A stretch of DNA of 64,000 nt from a bacterium (GCA_022779465.1 JALFTB010000035.1:382-64381); one strand, 5' to 3'; shown: positions 1 to 9,718, counted from the first letter of the stretch. Translations and numbers: made by a program. The notes: generated from the sequence alone by a model not told the origin.

Positions 1-56
1 TCTTATTACAAGATATATTTTATCTAATTCTTGAATATAATTCAAGTATTATTCAA

Positions 57-2129
57 TTAGTTTACGCTGTTTTTCTTGATAATTTCTTCAGCGATTGATT
101 TAGGAACTTCTTCATAATGATCTAGTTCCATAACGAATGTTCCACGACCTTGTGAATTACTTCTTAATGAAGTCATGTAACCAAACATTTCTGATAATGG
201 TACCATTGCAGTAATTTGTAATGCATTGCCACGTGATTCTTGACCAAGTGGTCTACCACGACGAGATGTTAAATCTCCCATTACATTACCCATGTATTCT
301 TCTGGCACTACTACAGTTACTTTCATAATAGGTTCTAAAAGAACTGGTTTACATTTATTTTTAGCTTCTTTTAAAGCCATTGATGCAGCAATTTTGAATG
401 CCATTTCTGATGAGTCTACATCATGGTATGATCCATCAAATAATGTAGCTTTAACGTCTACCATTGGGTAGCCAGCTAATACTCCACCAGCCATAGCTTC
501 TTGTAAACCTTTATCTGTTACTGGAATATATTCACGAGGAACTACACCACCAACGATTGCATCAACAAATTCATAACCTTTATCTTTATTTGGTTCGAAT
601 TTAATCCAAACATGTCTGTATTGTCCACGTCCACCTGATTGTTTAATATATTTACCTTCACATTCAGCAGTTTGAGTTAAAGTTTCACGGTAAGCAACTT
701 GTGGTTTACCTACGTTAGCTTCTACACCAAATTCTCTTCTCATACGGTCTACTTGTACATCTAAGTGTAATTCACCCATACCAGAAATTACTGTTTGTCC
801 AGTTTCAACATCAGTTTTATATTTAAATGTTGGATCTTCTTCTGCTAATTTTTGTAATGCTAAGCCCATCTTATCTTGATCAGCTTTTGATTTTGGTTCA
901 ATAGCCATATCGATAACTGGTAATGGGAATTCCATACCTTTCATAATAACTGGATTTTTTTCATCACATAATGTATCAGCAGTTGTTGTATTTTTTAATC
1001 CTACAGCTGCAGCAATTTCACCACAGTAAACTTCTTGAATTTCTTTTCTTTGGTTAGCATGCATTTGTAAGAGACGTCCGATTCTTTCTTTTTCTCCTTT
1101 TGTTGAGTTTAGAACATAAGAACCAGATTTTAATACTCCAGAATATACTCTGAAGAATGCTAATCTACCTACGAATGGATCTGTCATAATTTTGAATGCT
1201 AATGCTGTAAATGGTTCACTATCACTTGGGTGACGTAAAACATCATTTCCATTTTTATCATAACATTCAATAGCAGCTACATCTGTAGGAGCTGGCATGT
1301 AATCGATAACTGCATCTAATGCAAATTTAACACCTTTATTTGAAAGTGCGTCACCACACATTACTGGGAAGAATTCAGCTGCTAATGTTCCTTTACGGAT
1401 AGCACGTTTAATTAAATCAACGCTTACTTCTTCACCTTCAAGGTATTTTTCCATTAATTCATCATCAAATTCAGCTACTGCTTCGATTAATTCAATTCTC
1501 TTTGTTTCGATTAAATCTTTCATATCTTCAGGAATTTCTTTGATTTCAAAATCTTCATGTTGTCCACCATCATAGTAGATAGCTTGTCTATTAAGAATAT
1601 CAATAATTCCTTGGAAGTTATCTTCAGCACCAATTGGCCAAGCGATAGGAGCAGCATTTGCGCCTAATCTATCTTTAATAGTTTTTAAACTATATTCGAA
1701 GTCAGCTCCTAATTTTCCCATTTTATTTGAGAAGAACATTCTTGGAACTTTATATTCGTTTGCTTGTCTCCAAACTGTTTCTGTTTGTGGTTCAACACCT
1801 GCTTGTGAGTCTAATACAGTAACAGCTCCATCTAGTACTCTTAAACTTCTTTGTACTTCGATAGTAAAGTCTACGTGACCTGGTGTATCAATAATATTGA
1901 AACGATATCCTTTCCAGTGAGCAGTTGTAGCAGCACTAGTAATTGTGATACCTCTTTCTTTTTCTTGTTCCATCCAGTCCATTTGAGATTCACCATCATG
2001 TGTTTCTCCAATTTTATGAGTAATTCCTGTGTGGAATAAAACTCTTTCTGTAAATGTTGTTTTTCCGGCATCGATATGAGCCATAATTCCTATATTACGA
2101 ATTTTGTCTAATGTAACATCTCTTGCCAT
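57..2129 (-). CDS. fusA: Translation elongation factor G
   Basis: 690 aa. G-domain motifs [14 protein letters not shown] and NKMD. It lies immediately downstream of rpsL-rpsG, the str operon order. Confidence 0.97.
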   Translation of the reverse strand: MARDVTLDKIRNIGIMAHIDAGKTTFTERVLFHTGITHKIGETHDGESQMDWMEQEKERGITITSAATTAHWKGYRFNIIDTPGHVDFTIEVQRSLRVLDGAVTVLDSQAGVEPQTETVWRQANEYKVPRMFFSNKMGKLGADFEYSLKTIKDRLGANAAPIAWPIGAEDNFQGIIDILNRQAIYYDGGQHEDFEIKEIPEDMKDLIETKRIELIEAVAEFDDELMEKYLEGEEVSVDLIKRAIRKGTLAAEFFPVMCGDALSNKGVKFALDAVIDYMPAPTDVAAIECYDKNGNDVLRHPSDSEPFTALAFKIMTDPFVGRLAFFRVYSGVLKSGSYVLNSTKGEKERIGRLLQMHANQRKEIQEVYCGEIAAAVGLKNTTTADTLCDEKNPVIMKGMEFPLPVIDMAIEPKSKADQDKMGLALQKLAEEDPTFKYKTDVETGQTVISGMGELHLDVQVDRMRREFGVEANVGKPQVAYRETLTQTAECEGKYIKQSGGRGQYRHVWIKFEPNKDKGYEFVDAIVGGVVPREYIPVTDKGLQEAMAGGVLAGYPMVDVKATLFDGSYHDVDSSEMAFKIAASMALKEAKNKCKPVLLEPIMKVTVVVPEEYMGNVMGDLTSRRGRPLGQESRGNALQITAMVPLSEMFGYMTSLRSNSQGRGTFVMELDHYEEVPKSIAEEIIKKNSVN

Positions 2130-2135
2130 AAAAAC

Positions 2136-2603
2136 CTACCATCTATAATGAGCAAATGCTTTATTAGCTTCCGCCATTTTATGAGTATCTTCTCTCTTTT
2201 TAACAGCTCCACCAACACCATTTGCAGCATCAATAATTTCTGCAGCTAATTTATTAGCCATTCCTCTACCGCCTCTTAGTCTTGAATAGTTAACTAACCA
2301 ACGAAGAGCTAAGGTTTGGGCTCTTGTTTCACTAACTTCAATTGGAACTTGAACGTTAGATCCACCAACACGACGTGATTTTACTTCTAAAGCAGGAGTA
2401 ATATTTTCCATGGCTTTATTGAAAACTTCCATCGGATCTTGATTTGTTTGTTCTTTTATTTTATCAAATGCCTCATATAAAATTTTAGAAGCAGTTCCTC
2501 TTTTTCCGTCGTTCATAACAGCGTTGATTAATTTAGTAACTACTTTTGAATTGTATATAGGATCTGGTAAAACATCACGTTTAATTGCACGTCTTTTACG
2601 CAT
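2136..2603 (-). CDS. rpsG: 30S ribosomal protein S7
   Basis: 155 aa. Typical S7 sequence (MRKRRA...LPDPIYNS...AHYRW), positioned between rpsL and fusA. Confidence 0.97.
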   Translation of the reverse strand: MRKRRAIKRDVLPDPIYNSKVVTKLINAVMNDGKRGTASKILYEAFDKIKEQTNQDPMEVFNKAMENITPALEVKSRRVGGSNVQVPIEVSETRAQTLALRWLVNYSRLRGGRGMANKLAAEIIDAANGVGGAVKKREDTHKMAEANKAFAHYRW

Positions 2604-2623
2604 ATTTTTTCCTCCTTATATTA

Positions 2624-3037
2624 TTATTTTTTTGGTTTTTTAGCACCGTATTTACTTCTTGATTGTTTACGATCATTAACACCTTGAGTATCTAATGTAC
2701 CACGAATGATATGATAACGAACACCGATTAAGTCTTTAACACGGCCACCACGAATTAGAACAACGCTATGTTCTTGTAAGTTATGTCCTTCACCTGGAAT
2801 GTAAGTATCTACTTCACGTCCATTTGAAAGTCTAACACGAGCATATTTTCTTAATGCTGAGTTTGGTTTCTTTGGAGTTTTAGTACCAACACGAGTACAT
2901 ACACCTCTCATTTGTGGATGATCAGTTTTTGTAGTCTTTCTTTCCATACTATTAAATCCAACGTTTAATACAGGACTTTTCTTCTTCTTAGTTTTATCTT
3001 TTCTTTTAGATTTAACTAATTGATTAATTGTAGGCAT
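2624..3037 (-). CDS. rpsL: 30S ribosomal protein S12
   Basis: 137 aa. MPTINQL start and the [10 protein letters not shown] motif. Confidence 0.97.
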   Translation of the reverse strand: MPTINQLVKSKRKDKTKKKKSPVLNVGFNSMERKTTKTDHPQMRGVCTRVGTKTPKKPNSALRKYARVRLSNGREVDTYIPGEGHNLQEHSVVLIRGGRVKDLIGVRYHIIRGTLDTQGVNDRKQSRSKYGAKKPKK

Positions 3038-3257
3038 ATTTTTTCTTCCTTTCTAAGCACACATCCTGGTGTGTTGTAAATTACTTAAATTAAGGTTCTA
3101 TCTGGGATAGAACCAAAATTAAATGCATAAATAATATAACATTAAGATATTTTTATGTCAATATATTTTTAAGCTTTTTTAGGTATTTTTACGATAAATT
3201 TATACCCTTTTATTAGTTTATGTTTAATAAAATAAAAAAAGTATAAAATATACTTTT

Positions 3258-3638
3258 TTAACATGCATCTGTACAAGTGGATGATTTTGTGTCATATAGT
3301 GAATTATATCCTTTTGTAGTATATTTTTCACATTTTAAATACGGGTTATACTTTATTAGTGACATTTGGGAAGTTATTAGAACGTATCCCGTACAAGTAT
3401 CACCATTGATAACATTATTAATTTCATATCCGTTATTTTTTAATTCGGTTATAGATATATAAGCACCATCTTTTAATTCAACAGGTTTTACTCCATAATA
3501 GCTTTGAGCCTCAAATTTAATTTTTTCTTCCAATGATCTGTATTCTTTATTTTGTTTTTTTATGGCAAATCCCACTGTTGTTAAGGTTCCAACTAAAAGA
3601 ACTGCAAATACTGTCCATATAATTAAAATTTTCTTCAT
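3258..3638 (-). CDS. Hypothetical N-terminally membrane-anchored protein with a Cys-containing C-terminal domain
   Basis: 126 aa. Hydrophobic N-terminus (ILIIWTVFAVLLVGTL) and five Cys in the C-terminal half. I recognise no family. Confidence 0.45.
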   Translation of the reverse strand: MKKILIIWTVFAVLLVGTLTTVGFAIKKQNKEYRSLEEKIKFEAQSYYGVKPVELKDGAYISITELKNNGYEINNVINGDTCTGYVLITSQMSLIKYNPYLKCEKYTTKGYNSLYDTKSSTCTDAC

Positions 3639-3802
3639 TATTTTATTACCTCAATTATACAAATTTTATTATTTACTAGATTAACTGGCACATTTTGATA
3701 AAATTTATATATATAATAAATAGCAAAAAATAATGCACATATTAGTATAGACATAAGAAATGCCATCATTGCAAAGCCCCAGCCTTTTTGATTTAATTTC
3801 AT
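3638..3802 (-). CDS. Small single-pass membrane protein of 54 aa, absent from the ORF track (below its length cutoff)
   Basis: My own translation: MKLNQKGWGFAMMAFLMSILICALFFAIYYIYKFYQNVPVNLVNNKICIIEVIK. GAGGGA lies 5 nt upstream of the ATG. Its TAA stop overlaps the next gene's ATG (TAATG), which suggests translational coupling. Confidence 0.35.
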   Translation of the reverse strand: MKLNQKGWGFAMMAFLMSILICALFFAIYYIYKFYQNVPVNLVNNKICIIEVIK

Positions 3803-3877
3803 AATCATCCCTCTTTATTGATTAATTTTATATAAATTATATAATAATTATACTTTATAAAATTAAATATAGCAAAT

Positions 3878-3901
3878 AAAAAAACCTTTAAAAGGTTTTT
3901 T
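3878..3901 (-). terminator. Rho-independent terminator after rplL
   Basis: Palindrome AAAAACCTTTAAAAGGTTTTT directly after the rplL stop, with a U-run on the minus strand. Confidence 0.6.
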
Positions 3902-3902
3902 A

Positions 3903-4268
3903 TTAAGCTAATTCTACAGTAGCTCCAGCTTCTTCTAATTTAGCTTTAATTTCGTTTGCTTCGTCAACTGAAACATTTTCTTTAATGTTTCCACCATTGT
4001 CAGCAACACCTTTAGCTTCTACTAATCCTAAACCAGTAATTTCACGAATTACTTTGATAACTTGGATTTTAGCAGCTCCAGCGTCTTTTAATACAACAGT
4101 TTTTGTAGAAGGTCCTTCTTCAACAGCAGCAGCAGGTGCAGCAGCAACAGCTACAGCTGATGGATCTACTCCGAATTCCTCCTTCATAGCGTCAACTAAT
4201 TCTTTAACTTCAAGAATAGTCATTTCTTTTAATGAATTAATAAAATCTTCTTTTGTAATTTTAGCCAT
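3903..4268 (-). CDS. rplL: 50S ribosomal protein L7/L12
   Basis: 121 aa. Ala-rich hinge (AVAVAAAPAAA) and C-terminal KVIKVIREITGLGLVEAK motif. Confidence 0.95.
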   Translation of the reverse strand: MAKITKEDFINSLKEMTILEVKELVDAMKEEFGVDPSAVAVAAAPAAAVEEGPSTKTVVLKDAGAAKIQVIKVIREITGLGLVEAKGVADNGGNIKENVSVDEANEIKAKLEEAGATVELA

Positions 4269-4293
4269 TTTCTCTTTTTCCTTTCTTTTTAAA

Positions 4294-4785
4294 TTACTTT
4301 TCTAATCCTTCAGCATATAAATTTAATGCTATAGATAGATTTTTAACGTGTTCTATCATACCACCTGCAAGCATAGTAAGTAAGCCTTCCATTGATGGAA
4401 TACTAGCATATTCATTGATAGTGTCAATTCCAACAACTTCACCATTGATAATTCCTGAACGAATTTCAGCGCATTTATGATCTTTTGTGAATTTTGATAA
4501 AACCTTAATTGGTTCTAATAATTCTTTACCAAATATAATAGCATTTGGTCCTTCAAGAACATTTGCCATATCTAAATTCATTTCATCTGTAGCTCTTCTT
4601 ACTAAAGTGTTTTTATAAATCTTAACTTCGCCGTTAGCTTCTTTAAGTTTACTTCTTAATTCAGCCATATCAGCAACTGTTAATCCTTGGTAAGAAAATA
4701 ATACTACTGATTCTGAATTTTTGATTTTGTCAGCAATTTCATTAACTACTTCTCTTTTTGCGTTAAGAATTTTTTCACTTGCCAT
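4294..4785 (-). CDS. rplJ: 50S ribosomal protein L10
   Basis: L10-like sequence upstream of rplL. I moved the start to MASEKIL (ATG at 4785), which is preceded by AAGGAGG. The track's longer ORF begins inside the leader. Confidence 0.92.
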   Translation of the reverse strand: MASEKILNAKREVVNEIADKIKNSESVVLFSYQGLTVADMAELRSKLKEANGEVKIYKNTLVRRATDEMNLDMANVLEGPNAIIFGKELLEPIKVLSKFTKDHKCAEIRSGIINGEVVGIDTINEYASIPSMEGLLTMLAGGMIEHVKNLSIALNLYAEGLEK

Positions 4786-4925
4786 ATTCTTCCTCCTTTT
4801 GTTTTTTATAAAAAAACTTTCCATGAGGAAAGTTATAGTTAATTTCTATGCTTTCCTCGGCAGGATTATTAAGCAATTGCCCCTGCTTTCTTCGGATAAA
4901 AAGTTTTTTTAACGAATTTAATATA
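4786..4925 (-). promoter_or_regulatory. Probable L10 (rplJ) leader, an autoregulatory 5' UTR
   Basis: A structured UTR of about 140 nt. Stems GCAGG...CCTGC and GAGGAAAG...CTTTCCTC are followed by a U-run just upstream of the rplJ RBS. This matches the position of the Firmicutes L10-leader attenuator. No covariance model was run. Confidence 0.45.
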
Positions 4926-4937
4926 CTACATATTTAA

Positions 4938-5636
4938 CTATTTGTCAAAAGAATTAATATTTAATTTAATTCCAGGACCCATAGTTGTACAAATTGAAAT
5001 ACTTTTAACGAATACTCCTTTAACTGATTTAGGTTTATTCTTTAAGATAGTATTTACAAAATATGTAAGGTTTTCTTGTAAAGCTTTATCTTCGAAAGAT
5101 ACTTTACCGATTACTCCGTGAATGTTTCCTAATGAATCAGCACGATATTCTACCATACCTTTTTTTACATCTGCTACAGTTTTTGCAGGTGTAGGTGTAA
5201 CTGTTCCAGTTTTAGGGTTTGGCATTAATCCTTTTGGTCCTAAAACTTTACCAATTTTACCTAAAGCAGGCATCATTTCTGGTGTAGCGATTATTACATC
5301 ATAATCAAACCAGTTTTCATTAGAAATTTTATCAATTAAATCTTGATCTCCAACAAAGTCAGCACCTGCTTCTTTTGCTTCAGTAGCAGCAGTTCCTTTA
5401 GCTAGAACTAAGATTTTCTTTGATTTACCAGTTCCGTTAGGAAGTACGATTGAACCTCTTAATTGTTGATCTGATTTTTTAGTATCAATATTAAGATTCA
5501 TAGCAACTTCTACAGAGCTATCGAATTTAGTAATACTTGTAGTTTTTACTAATTCTATTGCTTCAGCTAAGTCATAAACTTTAGTTTTATCGACTTTACT
5601 AGAAGCTTCCACATATTTCTTTCCTAGTTTTTTCAT
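4938..5636 (-). CDS. rplA: 50S ribosomal protein L1
   Basis: L1-like sequence. Start placed at MKKLGKKY (ATG at 5636), preceded by GGAGGG. Confidence 0.95.
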   Translation of the reverse strand: MKKLGKKYVEASSKVDKTKVYDLAEAIELVKTTSITKFDSSVEVAMNLNIDTKKSDQQLRGSIVLPNGTGKSKKILVLAKGTAATEAKEAGADFVGDQDLIDKISNENWFDYDVIIATPEMMPALGKIGKVLGPKGLMPNPKTGTVTPTPAKTVADVKKGMVEYRADSLGNIHGVIGKVSFEDKALQENLTYFVNTILKNKPKSVKGVFVKSISICTTMGPGIKLNINSFDK

Positions 5637-5671
5637 TATTTTTCCCTCCAATCGTGGTTAATTGCGGATAA

Positions 5672-6259
5672 TTAATTTTCTTCTTTTTCTTGTTTATTTT
5701 CGCCAATAACTTCTACTTCAGCAGAAGTGTTTGCAATGGATTCTTCCATTTCTGCAAGTTCAGCGTCTCTTTTTGCCATTTCTTTTTCTTCTTCAGCTGC
5801 TTCTTTTGCTTGTTCAGCTAATTCTGCATCATTTAATCCTTTAACAGCTATACCCATGTTACGAGCAGTTCCTTCAATAATATTCATTGCTGCTTCAATA
5901 GTATAAGCATTAAGATCTGGCATTTTGATTTCTGCAATCTTACGTAATTCATCTTGAGTAATAGTTGCTACTACTTCATTTGCTCCTTTTTTAGAAGCTT
6001 TTTGAATTTTTGCAACTTTCTTTAATAAGAATGCAGCTGGTGGAGTTTTTAATACAAAATCAAATGAACGATCATCATAGATAGAAATTTCAACAGGTAA
6101 AACATCTCCCATTTTATCTTTAGAAGCATCGTTAAATTTTGTACAGAACTCTTGTAAATTAATTCCAGCAGGGCCTAAAACTGTACCAACTGGTGGTGCA
6201 GGTGTAGCTTTACCAGCAGGAATTTGTAATTTAATTCTCTTTACGACTTCTTTTGCCAC
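5672..6259 (-). CDS. rplK: 50S ribosomal protein L11 with an acidic C-terminal extension of about 55 aa
   Basis: The core matches L11 ([16 protein letters not shown]...[10 protein letters not shown]). The likely start is the GTG at 6259 (VAKEVVK), about 12 nt after GAAAGGA; the alternative is the GTG at 6268. The frame continues for about 55 Glu/Ala-rich residues past the usual L11 end. Confidence 0.9.
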   Translation of the reverse strand: MAKEVVKRIKLQIPAGKATPAPPVGTVLGPAGINLQEFCTKFNDASKDKMGDVLPVEISIYDDRSFDFVLKTPPAAFLLKKVAKIQKASKKGANEVVATITQDELRKIAEIKMPDLNAYTIEAAMNIIEGTARNMGIAVKGLNDAELAEQAKEAAEEEKEMAKRDAELAEMEESIANTSAEVEVIGENKQEKEEN

Positions 6260-6389
6260 GAAAAACACATCCTTTCATATTTTCGCTTAGTGGTATATGG
6301 GCTAATCCGCATTCCCCTCCACTTGCATTTATATAAAAATATATAATTGCAGTTAAGATAATATCACAACTTTGCCTTGTTTTCAAGTA

Positions 6390-6734
6390 TTATTTTTGTT
6401 TTGCTTGAGTTTGTTCTAATAGTTTTTTCTTCTTAGTATACATTATGTGCATTATTTCATCGCTAGGTCTTTGTTTAATATCATTTATTACTCTAAACCA
6501 GTATTGGTATTCTTGGTATTCTGCTTCATTAGTATGCTCTAATTTATGTAAAAGTTGATGAGCTTTGACTGTTAATAACGCTCCATTTTCAACTGTTTCC
6601 AAACCACCATTACGATCTTCTTTAATATGATGGTATGTTATATGATTATTTTTGGTTACTTTAAATCCCATCCAATCGACAGTTGGTTTTCCATATATTT
6701 TATACATTTCAATTAATATTTCTGGATTCTTCAT
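6390..6734 (-). CDS. Small HNH-like (beta-beta-alpha-Me) nuclease-fold protein, paralog 1
   Basis: 114 aa. Motif TYHHI-x6-GG-x5-ENGALL-x3-AH-x2-LH matches the HNH consensus (HH...N...H). The usual CxxC zinc ligands are absent. Confidence 0.6.
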   Translation of the reverse strand: MKNPEILIEMYKIYGKPTVDWMGFKVTKNNHITYHHIKEDRNGGLETVENGALLTVKAHQLLHKLEHTNEAEYQEYQYWFRVINDIKQRPSDEIMHIMYTKKKKLLEQTQAKQK

Positions 6735-6735
6735 A

Positions 6736-7128
6736 TTATTTATTTTCCCTTGGTTTTATAGTTAATATTTTGTTTTGTTCTTTTAGTTGTCTTTTATTAG
6801 AAATATCATATTCTAGTTTATCTTTTAAACTGTACATAATTTGCATTATCTCAAAAGTTGGAGAACATTTCATATCGTTAATTAAACGAAACCAATAATT
6901 GTATTCTTCATATAATTTTGGATCTAAACCTTCAATAGTATGTAATTTTACATGAGCCTTTTTAGTTAAAATGGCACCGTTTTCAAGGCTAGCTTCGCCT
7001 CCATCTTCAGCTTTAATAATATGATGATAGGTTAATGTATTTTCTTCACTCACTTCAAAACCCATCCAATCAATTTTAGGTTTACCATATATTTCAAACA
7101 TTGCTGTTAACACAGATTTGTTTCTCAT
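6736..7128 (-). CDS. Small HNH-like nuclease-fold protein, paralog 2
   Basis: 130 aa counted from MRNKSVL (ATG at 7128, preceded by GGGAGG). Motif TYHHI...GG...ENGAIL...AH..LH. By eye it is about half identical to the downstream paralog. Its stop lies 1 nt before the next ATG. Confidence 0.6.
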   Translation of the reverse strand: MRNKSVLTAMFEIYGKPKIDWMGFEVSEENTLTYHHIIKAEDGGEASLENGAILTKKAHVKLHTIEGLDPKLYEEYNYWFRLINDMKCSPTFEIMQIMYSLKDKLEYDISNKRQLKEQNKILTIKPRENK

Positions 7129-7189
7129 AATAAGCCTCCCTGATATTATCATATTATCATAAAAAAAGTTTAATGAGAACCATTAAACT

Positions 7190-7729
7190 TTATTTGATTG
7201 CTGATACTTGGAATAATTCTACTTCTACAGGTGTTTCTTGTCCGAAAAGGTCAATTAGAACTGTTAATCTGCTGTTTTCAATATCAAGATTATCAATAAC
7301 ACCTTCCATACCTTTGAATGGACCATCAACAATTGAAACTCTTGTTCCAACAGTTAATTCTTTATCAACATCCATTCTTGTCATTCCCATATTAGCTAAT
7401 ATTTTATCTATTTCTTGAGGTTTTAATGGAGTTGGTTTAGCACCTTTTCCACTTGATCCGATGAAACCAGTTACTCCTGGAGTATTTCTAACGATATACC
7501 ATGCTTCATCTGTCATAATCATTTCTACTAAAATATATCCTGGAAACATTTTTTTAGTTTTTTCTTTAACGCTTCCATCTTTCATTGTTTCTTTAACAGT
7601 TTCTTCTGGGATAATAATTCTAAAGATATAATCTTGGAAGCCCATAGATTCTGTACGCATTTCTAATTTTTCTTTAACTTTAGATTCATGTCCACTATAT
7701 GTGTTAACAACATACCATTCTTTTTCCAT
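7190..7729 (-). CDS. nusG: Transcription termination/antitermination factor NusG
   Basis: 179 aa. WYVV...GHE NGN start and C-terminal KOW domain, positioned after secE. Confidence 0.95.
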   Translation of the reverse strand: MEKEWYVVNTYSGHESKVKEKLEMRTESMGFQDYIFRIIIPEETVKETMKDGSVKEKTKKMFPGYILVEMIMTDEAWYIVRNTPGVTGFIGSSGKGAKPTPLKPQEIDKILANMGMTRMDVDKELTVGTRVSIVDGPFKGMEGVIDNLDIENSRLTVLIDLFGQETPVEVELFQVSAIK

Positions 7730-7732
7730 AAA

Positions 7733-7999
7733 TTATAACCCCTTTACTAATGAACTAATCCATGCAAATAATGCATCTAAACCATAAAAGTATAATCCAA
7801 ATATAACAATAAATGCTAAGGTTGCAATACTATATTTAAGCATATCTTCTTTGCTTGGCCATTTTACTTTTTTTAATTCATCTTTTACTTCTTTAATAAA
7901 TGATTTCTTTGGAGTAGATACTTTCTTTTCTTTTTTTACAGTTTTCTTTTGGACTTTTTTAGTTTCAACTTTTTTTGTTTCTTCTTTAGTTTTTGCCAT
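7733..7999 (-). CDS. secE: Preprotein translocase subunit SecE with a Lys-rich N-terminal extension
   Basis: 88 aa. The single C-terminal TM region matches the SecE core (VKWPSK...TLAFIVIFGLYF). It sits directly upstream of nusG. Confidence 0.85.
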   Translation of the reverse strand: MAKTKEETKKVETKKVQKKTVKKEKKVSTPKKSFIKEVKDELKKVKWPSKEDMLKYSIATLAFIVIFGLYFYGLDALFAWISSLVKGL

Positions 8000-8100
8000 T
8001 TTTACACCTCATTTTTTTTAAAATAAAAAACACCTTTTCGTGCTTAAATGTAATATATCACACTTATTATTATAAATCAAGTAAAAAGATTTATTACTTA

Positions 8101-8694
8101 TTATAATAAATCTTTTATTTTATTGCGTATTCTTTGAATAGTATTGTCTATTTGTTTTGGTTCTTTATTTAATATTTTAGCAATGTCTTGATAACCAAAA
8201 CCATTTATAACTAATTTATAAACATCTTTTTCAAATGGTGATAAATCATCATTTATTTTTTTAGTTAATTCTTCTAGTCTTTCTTCATTTTCCATTTTAT
8301 GTAGAGGATCTAGAGAACTATCACCTAATATTTCTTCTAAAGGTCTTTTAAATACTTCATATTCTGCTTCTAAACTATAAGCTTCAGTATTAACTTTATT
8401 TTTTGTTGTTTCGGCTTTACGAATACAATTTTGAATTTTTCGTTCAACTACTAGAGATATAAATGTAGGAAGTGATGTGCTTTTATCTGATGAATATTTA
8501 ATTAGAGCATCTGTAAAAGCTAACATTGCTTCTTGTTTGACTTCTGATATATCAATACCTAAAGCATAAATAGTTCTTTTATATTTAGCTAAAATTATAG
8601 AAATTATATAACTGTACTTATCATATAAAATATTTTTAGCATCTTCATCATTTTCGGAAAACATTGTAATTAATTTTTCATCATTAAATTCCAT
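8101..8694 (-). CDS. sigH: Sigma-70 family sigma factor, SigH-like by synteny
   Basis: 197 aa with region 2 and region 4 (HTH YQDIAKILN) architecture. It occupies the Bacillus sigH position (mrnC-rlmB-...-sigH-secE-nusG). Confidence 0.7.
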   Translation of the reverse strand: MEFNDEKLITMFSENDEDAKNILYDKYSYIISIILAKYKRTIYALGIDISEVKQEAMLAFTDALIKYSSDKSTSLPTFISLVVERKIQNCIRKAETTKNKVNTEAYSLEAEYEVFKRPLEEILGDSSLDPLHKMENEERLEELTKKINDDLSPFEKDVYKLVINGFGYQDIAKILNKEPKQIDNTIQRIRNKIKDLL

Positions 8695-9365
8695 TATTCA
8701 CCTATTCCAAAAATTAATATACCTGCTGAAACGGAAGCATTTAATGAATTTACTTTACCTTTCATTGGGATACTTATAATTAAATCACTATTCTTTTTTA
8801 CTAATTGACTTACTCCGAATCCTTCTGAACCAATGATTAAACATACTTTATCAGCGTAAGAAACTTTACGATAATCTTCTCCGCCTGCTTCGGCAGCATA
8901 AACAAAGAAGCCTTTTTCTTTTAATTTATTAATAGCGTTTACTAAATTATTTACCATTATGATGTTTACTCTTGAAATAGCACCAGTGCTGGTTTTCATA
9001 ACAGTTTCATTAACTAATACAGAACGATCTTTAGGAATAATTATATTTTTTATACCTTTTGCTTCACATGAACGAATAATTGCTCCAAAGTTATGAGGAT
9101 CTTCTAGGTGATCTAACATTACTACAAAAGTATCATCAGTTATATCATCTAGGGTTCCATATACATAGTCATATATTTCAATAATAATACCTTGATTGTT
9201 TGGTAACATTTTATCTAATACTTTAGGATCGGTATTAACATATTTTAAGTTAGATTTTTTTATTGTTTGGATTATTTCTTGATCTTTAAAGTTAGAACTA
9301 AGATATACTTTTTTTATTTTACTTTTATCGGTTTCGTTAAAAACGTTTTTTCCACATACTCTCAT
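8694..9365 (-). CDS. rlmB: TrmH-family 23S rRNA 2'-O-methyltransferase (RlmB/YacO-like)
   Basis: 223 aa. SPOUT motifs (LDHLEDPHNFGAIIRS, GSEGFG, SLNASVSAGI), positioned after mrnC. Confidence 0.85.
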   Translation of the reverse strand: MRVCGKNVFNETDKSKIKKVYLSSNFKDQEIIQTIKKSNLKYVNTDPKVLDKMLPNNQGIIIEIYDYVYGTLDDITDDTFVVMLDHLEDPHNFGAIIRSCEAKGIKNIIIPKDRSVLVNETVMKTSTGAISRVNIIMVNNLVNAINKLKEKGFFVYAAEAGGEDYRKVSYADKVCLIIGSEGFGVSQLVKKNSDLIISIPMKGKVNSLNASVSAGILIFGIGE

Positions 9366-9718
9366 TTTAATATTCCTTTCATAATTTCTTCTAATCTATC
9401 TTTATTATTTTGATATAAATAGCCAATTAAACATTCAAAGCCAGTAGCTTTATGATATGTAACTATATCTGTTGATTTACTTTTATGACTAGGAGCGTTA
9501 CGTCCTTTTCTTACAATTTCTTGTTCTTCATCTGTTAAAAGATTATTATTTATTAGTTCTTCTAAAATGTTTTTTTGAGAAGTTGCTGATACATATTTTA
9601 GGGATTCTTTTTGTAAATCATTTACATTAGATATTCCTTTGTTTATTAGGTATTCTCTTACATATAGTTCATAGACGGCATCTCCAAGATATGCCATTAT
9701 TAAGTTTTGCATAGTCAT
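9362..9718 (-). CDS. mrnC: Mini-ribonuclease 3
   Basis: The AYLGDAVYELYVREYL motif is typical of Mini-III. The start is uncertain: ATG at 9718 or 9712, or the track's TTG at 9739, none with a clear RBS. Confidence 0.8.
   Translation of the reverse strand: MTMQNLIMAYLGDAVYELYVREYLINKGISNVNDLQKESLKYVSATSQKNILEELINNNLLTDEEQEIVRKGRNAPSHKSKSTDIVTYHKATGFECLIGYLYQNNKDRLEEIMKGILK

Noticed and set aside
1-56. Hairpin CTTGAAT-ATA-ATTCAAG after the fusA stop, considered as a terminator.
   Set aside because: No U-run follows it on the minus strand, and tuf may follow just outside the window. The support is insufficient.
1851-2071. Short ORFs on both strands inside fusA (1851-2039 +, 1871-2071 -).
   Set aside because: They lie entirely within the highly conserved EF-G coding frame and show no independent signals.
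3985-4305. A 106-aa plus-strand ORF antisense to rplL. There are similar antisense ORFs opposite rplA, uvrA, dusB, pcrA, pheT, lysS, dnaB/rplI (54404-54832) and ychF (57871-58218).
   Set aside because: Each is antisense to a confidently identified conserved gene. They have low-complexity or hydrophobic composition typical of AT-rich antisense frames and no RBS.
4721-4912. A 63-aa plus-strand ORF across the rplJ start and leader.
   Set aside because: It is antisense to the rplJ 5' end and its structured leader. It is hydrophobic and low-complexity, with no RBS.
6269-6389. The rplK 5' UTR considered as an L1-binding autoregulatory leader.
   Set aside because: Some GC-rich elements are visible (GGAGGGGAAUGCGGAUUAGCCC). 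I cannot match them to a defined L1-binding motif without a covariance model, so I did not call a feature.
8000-8100. Expected rpmG (L33) upstream of secE.
   Set aside because: The gap is only about 100 bp, too short for the roughly 150-nt gene, and I found no L33-like frame.
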